From Azolla caroliniana (taxonomy: Eukaryota > Plantae > Polypodiophyta): 64,000 bases of DNA. Under the pieces are notes generated by a model. That model saw nothing but the letters and a program-made list of their open reading frames with translations, did no database searches and was not told the origin of the DNA. Position 1 is the stretch's first letter, and each line of letters opens with the position of its first letter. Location of the stretch: the NCBI GenBank assembly GCA_043228905.1, contig JBHGNT010000016.1:14012001-14076000 (forward strand), read 5' to 3'. A program made the position numbers and the translations under genes. Of the stretch, positions 53,101-64,000 are shown in pieces.

Positions 53101-55945
53101 CCTCGACTCCAAATTTGTTCGCAACAAACTTTATTATTTGGTCGATTGGCTCGGCTATAGTCCGAGTGAACGTACTTGGGAACCCATCGAGCATATCGCC
53201 AATGCTTAAGATCTTCTTGCTGAGTTCCATCGAAAGTATCCGGACAAACCTGGTCCGCAATCAACACCAACTTGTTCCACTTGTCGCCTTAAGGAGGAGA
53301 TAGTGTTATGATATGGCAAGACTCGAACCCATGACCTTATGTTATATGGGCCAAGCTCTTGACCATTATACCATCTATTGTAATACGTAGGATATTATTT
53401 TCATTTAAGTTTTATTATAGGAAATTAATGTATATTCTAGATTTCTCTTGAACATTCTAGAAGCTTCAGGATTACTCCTGAGAACACTATAAAAGAAGGC
53501 ACTAGGCATTATGTTGAACCAAATTGGTTCAACGCCTGTCTTAATCCTCTTAGCCACTTTGAACTTATCCTTCACATAATATATTAGCTGTTATCATCAT
53601 CTCTCTTTCTCTCATCCTCCCTATCTCTCTCTCCTCTTGTCTCTTTCTCTCTCGGGAATCTTACGCAGTCCCATCCTCTTAGTACTAATAGTACTTCTTT
53701 TCCTTAGTACTAATTCTCTCTCTGCTTTAGTACTATTCCTGACAGCAGTCAATACATCCTCTTGACTGATGAAGGTAAACCGGAGTGCTATGAAGAATCC
53801 ATTGTCGACGAGCACAGAGAGAAATGGCTGAGCGCGATGCAAGATGAGATGGAATACCTGCACGAGAATTACACCTATGACCTGGTAGAGTTGCCGAAAG
53901 GTAAGAGAGCATTGAGGAATAAGTGGGTCTACAAGGTGAAGACTGGAGAAGCCGACAGTGAGCCTAGGTATAAAGCCCGCATAGTGGTGAAGGTTTTCAA
54001 CAGAAAAAGGGCATCGACTTCGACGAAATATTTTGCACCAGTCGTGAAGATGACATCCATTCGAACCGTTCTGAGTATAGTGGGTAGTATGGACCTAGAG
54101 ATCGAGCAGTTGGATGTCAAACCCGCATTCCTACACGGGGAGCTAGAAGAAGAGATCTAGATGTAGCAACCCAAAGGCTTTGAGGAGAAAGGGAAAGAGA
54201 ACCTGGTGTGTCGACTGAAGAAAAGCTTGTATGGTCTGAAACAAGCTTCACGCCAATGGTACAAGAAGTTTGAGTCCTTCATGATGGAACACCGGTTCCA
54301 AAAAACATAGGCCGATAACCGTGTGTTCGTCAAAAGGTACGAAGAAGGAGACTTCTTGATTCTCTTGTTATATGTTGATGACATGTTGATAGTCAGTCAA
54401 GACACAAGGAAGATTGGAAGCTTGAAGAAAGCTCTAGGCAGGTCGTTTGCCATGACAGACCTTGGACCGGCTAATTAGATCTTAGGAATGCACATATTTC
54501 GAGTTAGAACTCAAAAGGTGCTACGGTTGTCACAACAAAAGTATGTGACGAAGATCCTAGAAACGTTCAACATGTCGGACGCAAAGCCGGTCGGCTTGGT
54601 GTTGCCGACAAAGTGCAGGTTGAATGCAAATCAATGCCCGAAAGGGGAGAAGGAGAAGGCCGAGATGAGGAAGGTACAATATGCCTTGACCGTCAGCAGT
54701 CTAATGTATGCTATGTTCTGTACGAGACTAGACATAGCATTTGTTGTGGGAGTAATAAGCTGATATATGAGTAATCCAGGAAGAGAACACTAGGCAATGG
54801 TGAAGTGGATACTCAGGTACTTAAAAGGCACCTCAGGAGTTTGCCTAGGGTATGTTGTCGGAAAACTTGTGCTAGAAGGTTTTACCGACTCGAACATGTT
54901 GGGAGATGTAGACTCATGCCGATCCATGTCGGGGTATGTGATGACCTATGGAGGGGGAGCAGTGTCGTGGCAATCACGACTGCAGAAGTCTGTAGCCTTG
55001 TCGACTATAGAGGTAGAGTATATGGCAGCGGTAGAGGCCGGCAAAGAGCTGATCTGGATGCGAAATTTTCTCAACGAGCTAGGGATGAAATAGAGGGAGT
55101 TCTTGCTTCACTATGACAACCAGAGTGCCATACATCTTGCCAAGAATGCCGCATATCACTCCCAGACCAAGCACATACAGAGAAGGTATCACTGGTTGCA
55201 GGAGAAAGTCGAAGAAGGAGAGTTTACACTTGTGAAGATCCACATAGATAACAATGGATCCGACATGGTCACGAAGAACCTATCTATGGACAGACTTAGA
55301 GTTTATCGACAGAAGACAGGATTGACTGACTCCCTCCCACAGGAGTGAAGAGGGAGTTTGTTGGGGATATGTCCCTCCAGTGGGAGGAACCGATTGTTCG
55401 GTAGTAGCCGACACACTCGAAGAGTCGAAGGAACCGATTGTTCGGAAATAGCCGACAACCCACAATCGATAGCCGACAGTCGAAGAGTCGACAACAGAGA
55501 GTCGATTATTTAAACAAATTATTATTATTATTATAGGAATAATAATAGTAATGATATGTAGCAGTGGCTACAATTGTAAATAGTTCACACGATGTATCAG
55601 TATACATATACATCTAGGGCAAACATAGTAATGTGATGATAATAGAAGTGTGCGTAAGAGAGACATGAGAAAAAGAGAGAAAGAGAGAGAGAGAGAGAGG
55701 GAGCGGCACCATAGCCGTGTGCGTAACAACAGACGCCAAGAACCCTGTGTGGGTGATACACTCATAATCAGAGTGTTGTAATCTCTGCCTTGTACATCCA
55801 CTATATAGTGAACTTTTTGCTCTCCCGTGGTTTTCTCCCGTTTTGGGGTTTCCACGTATATCTTTGTGTACTGCGTCGTTGTGTGCTTGTGTTGTGTATT
55901 TTTCAGCATCATTTGATCTTGTGGTTTTACGAATCGATTGTCAAT
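47113..55945 (+). mobile_element. Decayed Copia (Tnt1-like): partial duplicated 5' LTR 47113-47449, gag-pol ~47478-55348, 3' LTR ~55359-55945
   Basis: PBS TGGTATCAGAGC at 47453; gag, CFYCGKPGH, DSGAS, integrase, YVDD, RNase H; PPT GAAGAGGGAG; 5' LTR piece matches 55750-55945. Confidence 0.9.
49958..53744 (+). mobile_element. Tcn1-like chromovirus derivative lacking RT (LTRs 49958-50187 partial and 53304-53744)
   Basis: TSD CCAGT/GCAGT; gag, LDSGA protease joined directly to RNase H end/integrase; chromodomain YEVAAIL..YLVDWLGY..TWEP; PPT AAGGAGGAGATAG. Confidence 0.85.
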
Positions 55946-56229
55946 AAATTCTACACTAGCCCTTTACAAGTTTTCCATGCCCTTTATATACAGGGTCATG
56001 GTTGGTTACGCTTGGAGCGTGCACAGTCACAAGCGTTCATTATGCTCTACTCTTTTGCTATGGCTGCTATTCTCCTCATGATTACGCTACCGCCCATAAC
56101 TGTCCATGTGCCTTCCCATTTCTTTGCCTTTTTCCACTTGGCTGACCAAGATTGCCAACACATGGCACACTTGTGGGACAGTGTTGGGACGTCAGACCGA
56201 CCTCTGCCCTTCATTCGTCGTCAAGGATA

Positions 56230-59200
56230 TCCTATGTCTGGTTCCGGGTGACCTAAGCAATCGCTTACGTCAGTCGTGAGGGGGCTCGACGGAGACTGCG
56301 TCATTGGTGCAGAGTTGATCGGCCCGGTTGCTTCTGTGGGTGTAGGGTGAGGAAGTCCACTCGGTTCCGTTGGTGCATGGTTGGGGAGGTCGTTGGGTCT
56401 CATCAACTCTGATGCCGTTTCTCACGTTTCTACATGTTGTGGACCTTCGTTTGTGGGGACGTTGGTTAGTGTATCTTCTTCATGCAGTTTTTTGGCCGAG
56501 GCCATAGGCTCTCGTAGTGGCTCTTCGTGTGGTATCTCTCGACTTGCCTATCTAGTCGTGACTTCTGTGGCATGGATGGCACCAGTCGGTGCAGCCTCTG
56601 GTACGTGCGGCATCGTGGTGACCTCCGGAACTTCTTCTTCTATTCACAGGGGTTTGTCAATTGTGTGCTCCTCGAAATCGTTGTCCGGGAGGACGATGGA
56701 AGCCGCCCGTTTCTCTTCTTCGGATTTCCTCTGCTCCGTGTCGATAGACTACAACTGGAAAGAAGTGTCAATTTGGCTGTATCCAAACTCTTCCAGTAGC
56801 TATAGGATCTCTTCGGATTGATGGTTTCCCAAGGCCTGATAATCTTGCATAAGGTCCTAGCAAACCATAGCAATGCTTTCCTCATTGAGTTTGTAGAAGC
56901 CTTTTCCGTCTTTTTGTCGATTCTCCTGATCAGCCCTGCATGTGTGGAGTTCTACGGCCTGCGTCGCCCATCCGACCCATCCCTTGACTAGTTGCGTCGC
57001 GAAGCATTCCCACCTCCTTTGTAAGTCCTCGAGAGTAGTCTTGAGGTTTGCAATTCTTCTTGTATTGGTAGCCATGACTTCTTCGTAATGTGCTTTCACT
57101 ACTTGCCATATCGACTCCTTCTCATGGAGTGCTTCGATCCGGCCCATTTGGTTGTTTAAGCGGGTTTTGACCTCTCAACTTATTTGATGTTCATTTTTGA
57201 GCTATTCGTCGTACCACTCCCACTTCTTCTGTGCAGTTTCTTGTAGCGCTGTGATAATTCCTTTGGCGCGTGCTACCGCCCCCTTTTGCTTATTGAGTTC
57301 GGCAGTCGTTTGTGCGTGAACGGCGATCTCGGTGTCCAACTTATCTTGGATTCCTTTTACCTTTCACTCCGATATCCGCCTCTCCAAGGTTGTTAGGTAC
57401 GGTACGGATACCATACTTATTTAACGTATTAATACCCGTATAGTACCTCCCAATTTAAAAATACGTTAAATACGTTTTCTTAATATGTTAAATACTTATA
57501 AAATACGTAAAATACGTATTTTACGTATAGTACGTTAAATACTTCTAGAATTTGAAAAATTATTTACTTTTCTAAAAAATATCTATAATATTATAAAAAA
57601 CATCTATGTTTACACAATTTTGTGATGTACAATATAGTTCTACATCCTAAAATGCATATAAGACATTTGATCATTTCACATCCTAAAATAGTTGTAGTAA
57701 TATGGATGTCGACATTCCCTTATTTTATAAATTAGTGTAAGTGTATATCACGATGTTCTACTTCAAATTGTAAATATTTACAATTATGCCTTCATAGATT
57801 GAGGAATCTTCTATGATTATCACACTCATGATAGGTTTCTCTTTTCTTCATTTTCTTCTTCTTCTTCTTCTATCTACTGCAATTATCACACTCAGGACAG
57901 GTTTATGTCTTCTTTTGTCTTCTTCTTCTTCTTCTTCTTCATCTTCTTCATTGCCGTCTCTTCTATTCTTCTTTCTTCCTTCCTTTGGCTTCTTTTTCAC
58001 TAAAATCTTTATTTTCTTTTGCTTTTTGTTAGGGTTTTACTTACATTTTCTTTATAAATACGTATTATACCAATTTTTTTATAAATACGTTAAATGCCGT
58101 ATTGGACAAATGTACATGATATTTGATTGAACAACATTGAGGTATAGTACGTACTATACAAATGATGAGGTACTATACGTATTTAAACGTTAAATACGGG
58201 TACATAAACAACCATGCGCCTCTCTATCCGACGATTGTCGAAGTTCGGAGCGGAGTTGCTCGATTTCCATCTCGGCAAGCTCTGTTGCTCCTTTAGCTTT
58301 GGCCGTGATCACTGTCTCCGCTTCGACTTCTTCTCCTTGTACATGTATGTTGCATTCGATCTCCGCAAACCTTCTGTTGCGCCTTCTCTAACTGTTGTGC
58401 CACTTTTATGGATTTCCAGTGGGACTTGTTTTTCTCCGCCATATCCTTGTGCACTTCGGCCAATGTTGTGTTCAAAGGGGGTAGCTCGATGCCGACTCTC
58501 CGGACGCCAACGTTCCTTTTTCAGCCAAGTTTATCCAAAGGGTCTTCATCATTGCTTTCTGTTGTTTGCGTTAATGCGTGCTCCTCCGCCACGCACTGCG
58601 ACACCTTGATCTGTTGTGTTTCCATGGACTTCATTAGTTCAAAGGTGGTGCCAAATTGTAACAAGGTTGCAAACTCGTGAGCCATATCCGGAATATCTGG
58701 GTAAGCCAACACTTCTTTCTTGGAGGTGAGAACACCCTTTCCCCAATCCGAGTTTCTTGTCAAGATCGGCCCCACCTCTAATGTTCTCATGGACTCTGTT
58801 GTGGCTGGGGGTTCAGGTTGCGGAGTCGTGTCTTTGACTAGTCCGCGACCATCGTTCCATTCCAGCCTTTGGCGCTTGGCTTTAGGGCTAGCTAGGGCTT
58901 GCTCGGATAATTCTTGTGAGGGAGCAGAAGCAAACTATTGTTGGACCTATGGGGCGACGGGTTCCAACGGTCGACTGTTGTCCTCTTCTTCCCACTCGGT
59001 CTCTACGAGTTCAACAAGTCTACGTTTCTGCGGCCTCGATGTTGTCGCAGGCGAGCCATTATTGGCACGGAGAGAGCCTGTGGAGGGAACAATATTGTCA
59101 AATACTGTTGAATGATTGGGCCAGAGTTTTTTCCCGGTCTAGAAGGTGTGTAGTTCTTCGCACAGAGAAGGCCTTGTAATTACGCCCCAATCTATGGCTT

Positions 59201-59620
59201 GCCTTTTCAATGTCATGATGATGATGCCGACCTTCTGCTTCGGTATTCTGTATGCGTTAGGGTAAACGCACCCTACCTCCAGTTTGAACTTCGTGATTTT
59301 GCGGAAGAAGGGATCAGGCATATCCCTTGTCCTGTAAGCCTTGGTGGAGATGGAATATTCACAAAAATAGCGCTCGAGAACCCTTGGGGGAGGGATCTCG
59401 AAATGGCGCTCGCCATTTGTCGTCAGGCCCGACTCAGATAATTTGCTATTGTGTGTTAGGCTCCTAGTCGATGTTGGATTTCGAACTCAGATTCCTACAA
59501 TAGCAACATACATTGAACCAACTTCCAGGTTAGCGACGGCTTCGAGACCAAGTAGAGCAGCGCTGCCTGATCGACATGAAAAATGAATTTTCAGCCCAAT
59601 AGGTGGTGTCGAAATTTGTT
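56230..59620 (-). pseudogene. Second decayed Gypsy extra ORF (coiled-coil), homologous to 43522-45600
   Basis: Shared motifs: GW..W..QAVE...RAD..N.K..G..F(F/Y)KL.EE and PK..(A/V)G.II.T......DWG. Confidence 0.65.
57385..58216. mobile_element. hAT-type MITE (832 bp)
   Basis: 8-bp TSD CGCCTCTC (57377-57384, 58217-58224); termini CAAGGTTGTT...AACAACCATG; subterminal ACGTA/TACG repeats; AT-rich interior. Confidence 0.85.
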
Positions 59621-59699
59621 GATGCTTTAAATCATACCTAGGGATTCACACTCAGTTGTGGAGTACTTGCGCTCTGTGTATATCAGTTTCCGGCTGGAA

Positions 59700-60221
59700 T
59701 AATACACTGGTCGGTACCGATTTGTTGCTCTCGTGACCGACCACAATCGGTTATCATTCGTATATTTGTATGCAAGAAGTAACGCTCAGATAGAAAATTG
59801 AAAACGGAATAGCTAAAAATAGAGAACACGCAGATTTTACCGTGGAAACCCAAACTGGGAGAAACCACGTGGAGTCCACTTGCTCCGAAACAAATCACTA
59901 TGATGATTAGGGGGGTACAACAAGAAACTCAGAGGAACCGACCTCGACTATAGAGTTGCACTTTCTCACGCTCTCCCTCTCTCACACGTTCTCACAGTTA
60001 TAGTGACCACTACCACATTCTCACTATATCACAATAATGATTATTGATCTTCATATAATGATTGCCCTAGATTCTTATATACTAGTACAACTTTTGGACT
60101 ATTTATAGGTATCGCCCATAGAGGCTTATTTCGACTATTTACAGATATAGTCTCCCGAGTTGGCTGTCTACACGATTTTGGCTCTTCTCTCGTCCCATCC
60201 GGAGGGACCTGTTTCCCAACA
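59700..60221 (-). mobile_element. Probable Copia solo LTR
   Basis: CGTGGAAA..AAACCAC.TGGAGTCCAC shared with the LTR near 25640; ends CCCAACA; left limit approximate. Confidence 0.5.
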
Positions 60222-60678
60222 CAATTTGGGTCGGTCAAGTGCATTAGTGTGCTAACGATTGCTATATCTGAGGTGTCCACGAAAAAGTGGAATGGTTTTG
60301 TCCAATCCGGTGGTTGTACTATGGGTGCCTGAGTGAGCATTATCTTTAATGCCAGGTACACCTTGTCCTCCGTTGCAATCGGAGTGTGATGTGGTGCCGC
60401 ATGTAATGGTGTAACGAAAACCACCAGATAGTGTGGCATGCGGCTGTGCCAGCGGATTTACCCCAGAAAACGATTGATGGCCTTGATCTTTATCTAAATC
60501 GATCGCAATACTGAAAACGATTGATGGCCTTGTCCTCCGTTGCAATCGGAGTGTGATGTACCGCCGCATGTAATGGTGTAACGAAAACCACTAGATAGCA
60601 TGGCATGCGGCTATGCCAACGGATTTACCCCAGAAAACGATTGATGGCCTTGATCTTTATCTGAATCGATCGCAATAC
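60222..60678 (-). pseudogene. Gypsy RT-connection/RNase H fragment with ~170-bp tandem duplication
   Basis: APIVQPPDWTKPFHFFVDTSDIAI; IKAINRFLG.IRWHSRM present twice. Confidence 0.7.
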
Positions 60679-61980
60679 TGAAAGAATATGTGTGTGGAAG
60701 CGTGTGCGTAAACACAGAGTACACAGTTCGAAAATAAGACAGTTCGGTAAACGCAGAAAACATAGAGATGGAGATGGGGATGGAGAGACAAAGAGAGAGC
60801 AAACAACTCAGTTCAATTTCAAAATAATGACTCCCTGTACATTCTTCGTGCTCAGTGAGCACCTTTTATACAAGTCCATATTGACTGACAGAAGTACTGA
60901 CACGTACTTCAATGCTCATAACTGAGCTCTACACTAACTCCCAAAATATATTCCTAGGCGGAATATCTTTCCAACGGCCTCGCGGTTTACGCATTGCTAC
61001 GGCCTCTCGTTGCGTACTGGTTTGCATAACTGTTTATGCAGGCGGTTTATGCACTAGTCCGGCCTAACCGATCGTTCCCAACCGATCCGGTTCTTGGCTT
61101 GCACAACCGATCCGACCAATGTTGAGCTTGTATCTCAACACTCCCCCTCAAGCTCAACTTGAGGTTCCATACGCTCTTCCGGATCTACTCTCCAGTTCCT
61201 TCTGGCTTCATGCCTTGCTCGCGCTCCTCGACCTGTTCGATTCCGAGCGCCTCGAGCCTTCCGGTCGGCTTGTGTGCTCGTGTGGCCATTCTCAGCTCCC
61301 TTGCTATCGTGGTGTTGGCACCTCTTCGACTGTCCTTTCTTACCCGTGGTCCTCGTTTGATTCGGTGTACCTGAATCAAACATCCTAACCGAATCGGCTT
61401 CCTCCGATCGGTTTTCGCTCTCATCCAAGTTTGCTTCATCTCCCCCACGCTTGGCTAGCTTCGGCTCTTTCTTTCGACTGCTGCCCTCACGTCCACTTTC
61501 AAAATCTTTCCCGGATCTGCCCTCGGCTTCTTCAACCAACCCGAAATCAAATTCGTCATCTGACTCGGCTTCATGGTCTCCTCCGCTCCTTTCCTGCTCC
61601 CTTCCGTGGTCTTCCGGGACTTCTGTCCCCCTCAAGTTCGGCACATCGAGGTGTCGCAACTTGTTGAGACCAAGGGGCTTGGTGAAAATGACGGCGGTCT
61701 GCCGATCCGTCAGAACATATTGAAGTTTGACTTCACCGGAGATGACATGCTCGCGGACAAAGAGGTAGTGCACCTCAATGTGCTTAGTCCGGGCATGGAA
61801 GATAGGCTTCTTCGCTAATTGGATGTTGCTAAAGTTGTTGCAGTAGATCGTCGTCGGATCGGACACCTCCACCCGTAGATCCATAAGTAGCAGTTTCAGC
61901 AAGATGGCTTCGAATGTTGCGACAACTGCTCCTGTATACTCGGCTTCGGTGCTCGACAGTGCAACTGTTGGCTGCTTCTT
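60679..61980 (-). mobile_element. Copia 3' end: RNase H with charged tail + 3' LTR (60679-61140)
   Basis: FHARTKHIEVHY, IFTKPLG; PPT TTGAGGGGGAG then TGTTGAG. Confidence 0.85.
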
Positions 61981-61981
61981 G

Positions 61982-62430
61982 AGATAGATAGATAGATAGA
62001 TAGATAGATTATATTATCGTCTTCGGAGATCAAATATGACCTATGAGACCAAAAATATTACATTTCACGTGATACGTGTGAAAGTGAGTAGTGACTCTCG
62101 ATGTTCAAGAACTTTACCAATGAATGTTGCAATCGAGAGTGCACATTGTGGTTGTGAGAGGAATTCATGCAAAGATTGGGCTCGATCGAAGAGATGTGGA
62201 AAGCATGGTCGAATATGATCAAAGGCAGAGCATTGTATCAAAGTGTGATACTCAGACTCGCGAACTTGTTTAGGGCAAAGTGTGCATAACCGACCACTCT
62301 CATCACTTGTACCCCAACGCCCTGTTTCACATCGCAATGCATGTGAGCTAAGTCGCATGGAAGCAATGGTTCGAATGGCAGATAACGGTATGGGCTCTAA
62401 CATGTATGGATCTTCATGATTGACCGACAA
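61982..62430 (-). mobile_element. 5'-truncated RTEX-like LINE: C-terminal CCHC zinc finger + (TATC)n tail
   Basis: RLSSHALRCETGRW..RLCTLC..ESEYHTLIQC..IR then stop, short 3' UTR and microsatellite tail truncating the neighbouring Copia. Confidence 0.7.
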
Positions 62431-62685
62431 CACGAGATCTTATATAGTTAAGACCTCCTTACAACATTACCTAGGATTTTAACACAAGTGATGTTTATTC
62501 ATATTTGAAATCTACTTCCATTGAATGTGACTTTTAATTTTAAGACAAGTGATCAACTTTTTAAACCCAAATATTGGATTTATTTTTACATTTTAAAGTG
62601 TTTCCTCCACATGAAATTAGTACTAAAGTTTTGGCCAAAAGTTGGTACACCGTAGTGTGCTTTCACCCGCCACGCGTAAAAGAGG

Positions 62686-64000
62686 TGTAAAAGAATAGCG
62701 TGCGGAAGCAATGGAAAATCAAACTCAAAAAACGTAGGTTTTTAATGGAGAGCTTAGAATATACCCAGTACGCGGGAGAGATAGAGAGAGAGCACACAGA
62801 AACTCAATTCAAAATAATACTCAATATGTACATCGTATGTGCTCAGTAAACACTTTTATACAATTCCATATGAACTGACAGAGATACGGTGTACTTCAAT
62901 GCTCACACGAGCGTCTAACACATTCTACAAGATATTAACTCTCTAGTAGTCTAGCTGCTACTTGGCTTCCGGTTACTACTTGATCCAGCTAACCGGCTCC
63001 CTAGCTCAACGGCTCATCCTTCCGGATGCTGATCTGGCTCAGGCTTATTCAGCCGATCTGGATCCGGTTGAGCTTGCCACTCAACACTCCCCTTCAAGCT
63101 CAACTTGAGGTCAGATCGTAGTGTCAGTCTCCATGGCGGCCGGTCCTTCCACCTAGCTCATTCTGGCGTCACTCCGCCTCAATCACGCTCCTCATTGGGT
63201 CCGGTCCCGTTTGCTGCGACCCTTCTGATTTTGCGCACCTCGACTTCCTCGGTCGGCCTGTTTGCTCAACAGGCCCAATTCATATCCCTCGCTGCTGTCA
63301 CATTGGCGCTTGTCGATTCGCCGATTCCTTCGTGTTGGCGTCGACTTTCGCTGCCTTCTCGTCCTCTTGGCCTTGAATTGATCCGGTTCTTCCGAATCGG
63401 CTGTCTCTGATTTGTTCCAGCTCTTGTCCGAATCGGTCGCTCCCGATTCGTCTTCCGGTTCCAGGCCCTTCACCACATCGGACCATGTCTGGGTGTTGGC
63501 CTTCTTCCGGTCAGCTCTGTCCTTCTTGACTCTACCGCCGCTGTAGCTTGTTCCGACTTGTTTGGATGTATCAACTTCCTTTGTCGACTCGACTCCTTTC
63601 TTCTTCTTCTTGTCTCTCCCATTGTCGGTTCTTCCCTCACCGGCGCACTCGATAGTTTCTTTGCCCCTACCCGTTCCGGTGTCTTTGAACGTTCTCCCCC
63701 TCAAGTGTGGCACATTGAGATGCTGAACACCAAGCATTTCAGTGAAGTGATGCAACTTGTCCGACCCGAGCGGTTTGGTGAAGATGTCGGCAACTTGCTG
63801 ATCCGTATGAACATACCGAAGTTCAACTTCACCGCTCAGGACACGCTCACGCACGAAGTGGTAGTGCACTTCTATGTGCTTTGTGCGAGCATGGAATACG
63901 GGGTTCTTGGTGAGCTGCATGCTGGTTATGTTGTTCTAGTAGATCAGGATCGGGGTCGACACCTCGATCCATAAGTCTTGCAGCAGTCGCCGAAGCCAAA
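62686..64000 (-). mobile_element. Copia 3' end: RNase H with charged tail + 3' LTR (62686-63086)
   Basis: KNPVFHARTKHIEVHYHFVRE, ADIFTKPLG; PPT TTGAAGGGGAG; continues beyond the window. Confidence 0.88.

Noticed and set aside
57813-58130. Hydrophobic poly-Ser ORF
   Set aside because: Artefact of (CTT)n repeats inside the hAT MITE
60361-60678. Structured ncRNA in the GC-rich duplication
   Set aside because: Minus strand translates as Gypsy RT-connection sequence

Overview
Eukaryotic land-plant nuclear DNA, probably a fern or other non-seed plant (inferred from the Tcn1-like chromovirus and the TE families). It is almost all nested transposable elements, with one host gene: an Abraxas/FAM175-like BRCA1-A/BRISC subunit (2 exons, minus strand, 7231-11091). 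The stand-out is a 9,066-bp DNA transposon (15821-24886; 36-bp TIRs, 4-bp TSD ACCA) inserted in a Copia gag. It encodes a Sola-like DDD transposase and, divergently, a 6-exon gene fusing a ParB/Srx-like domain to a complete prokaryotic-type beta-class DNA amino-methyltransferase (DIPY...QKP...FSGTGTT). The first intron of that gene holds an array of near-perfect palindromes (25-bp core, up to 43 bp) at 51-52-bp spacing, resembling parS/operator sites. The rest includes a decayed L1-type LINE, several Copia elements, a near-intact young chromovirus with TG...TA LTRs, a Tcn1-like chromovirus derivative, Gypsy extra ORFs, a solo LTR, a hAT MITE, an RTEX-like LINE tail, a 90-bp plastid psbC insertion and recurrent tRNA-like A/B-box motifs in LTRs. 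Family names come from recognising motifs by eye; no database search was run.
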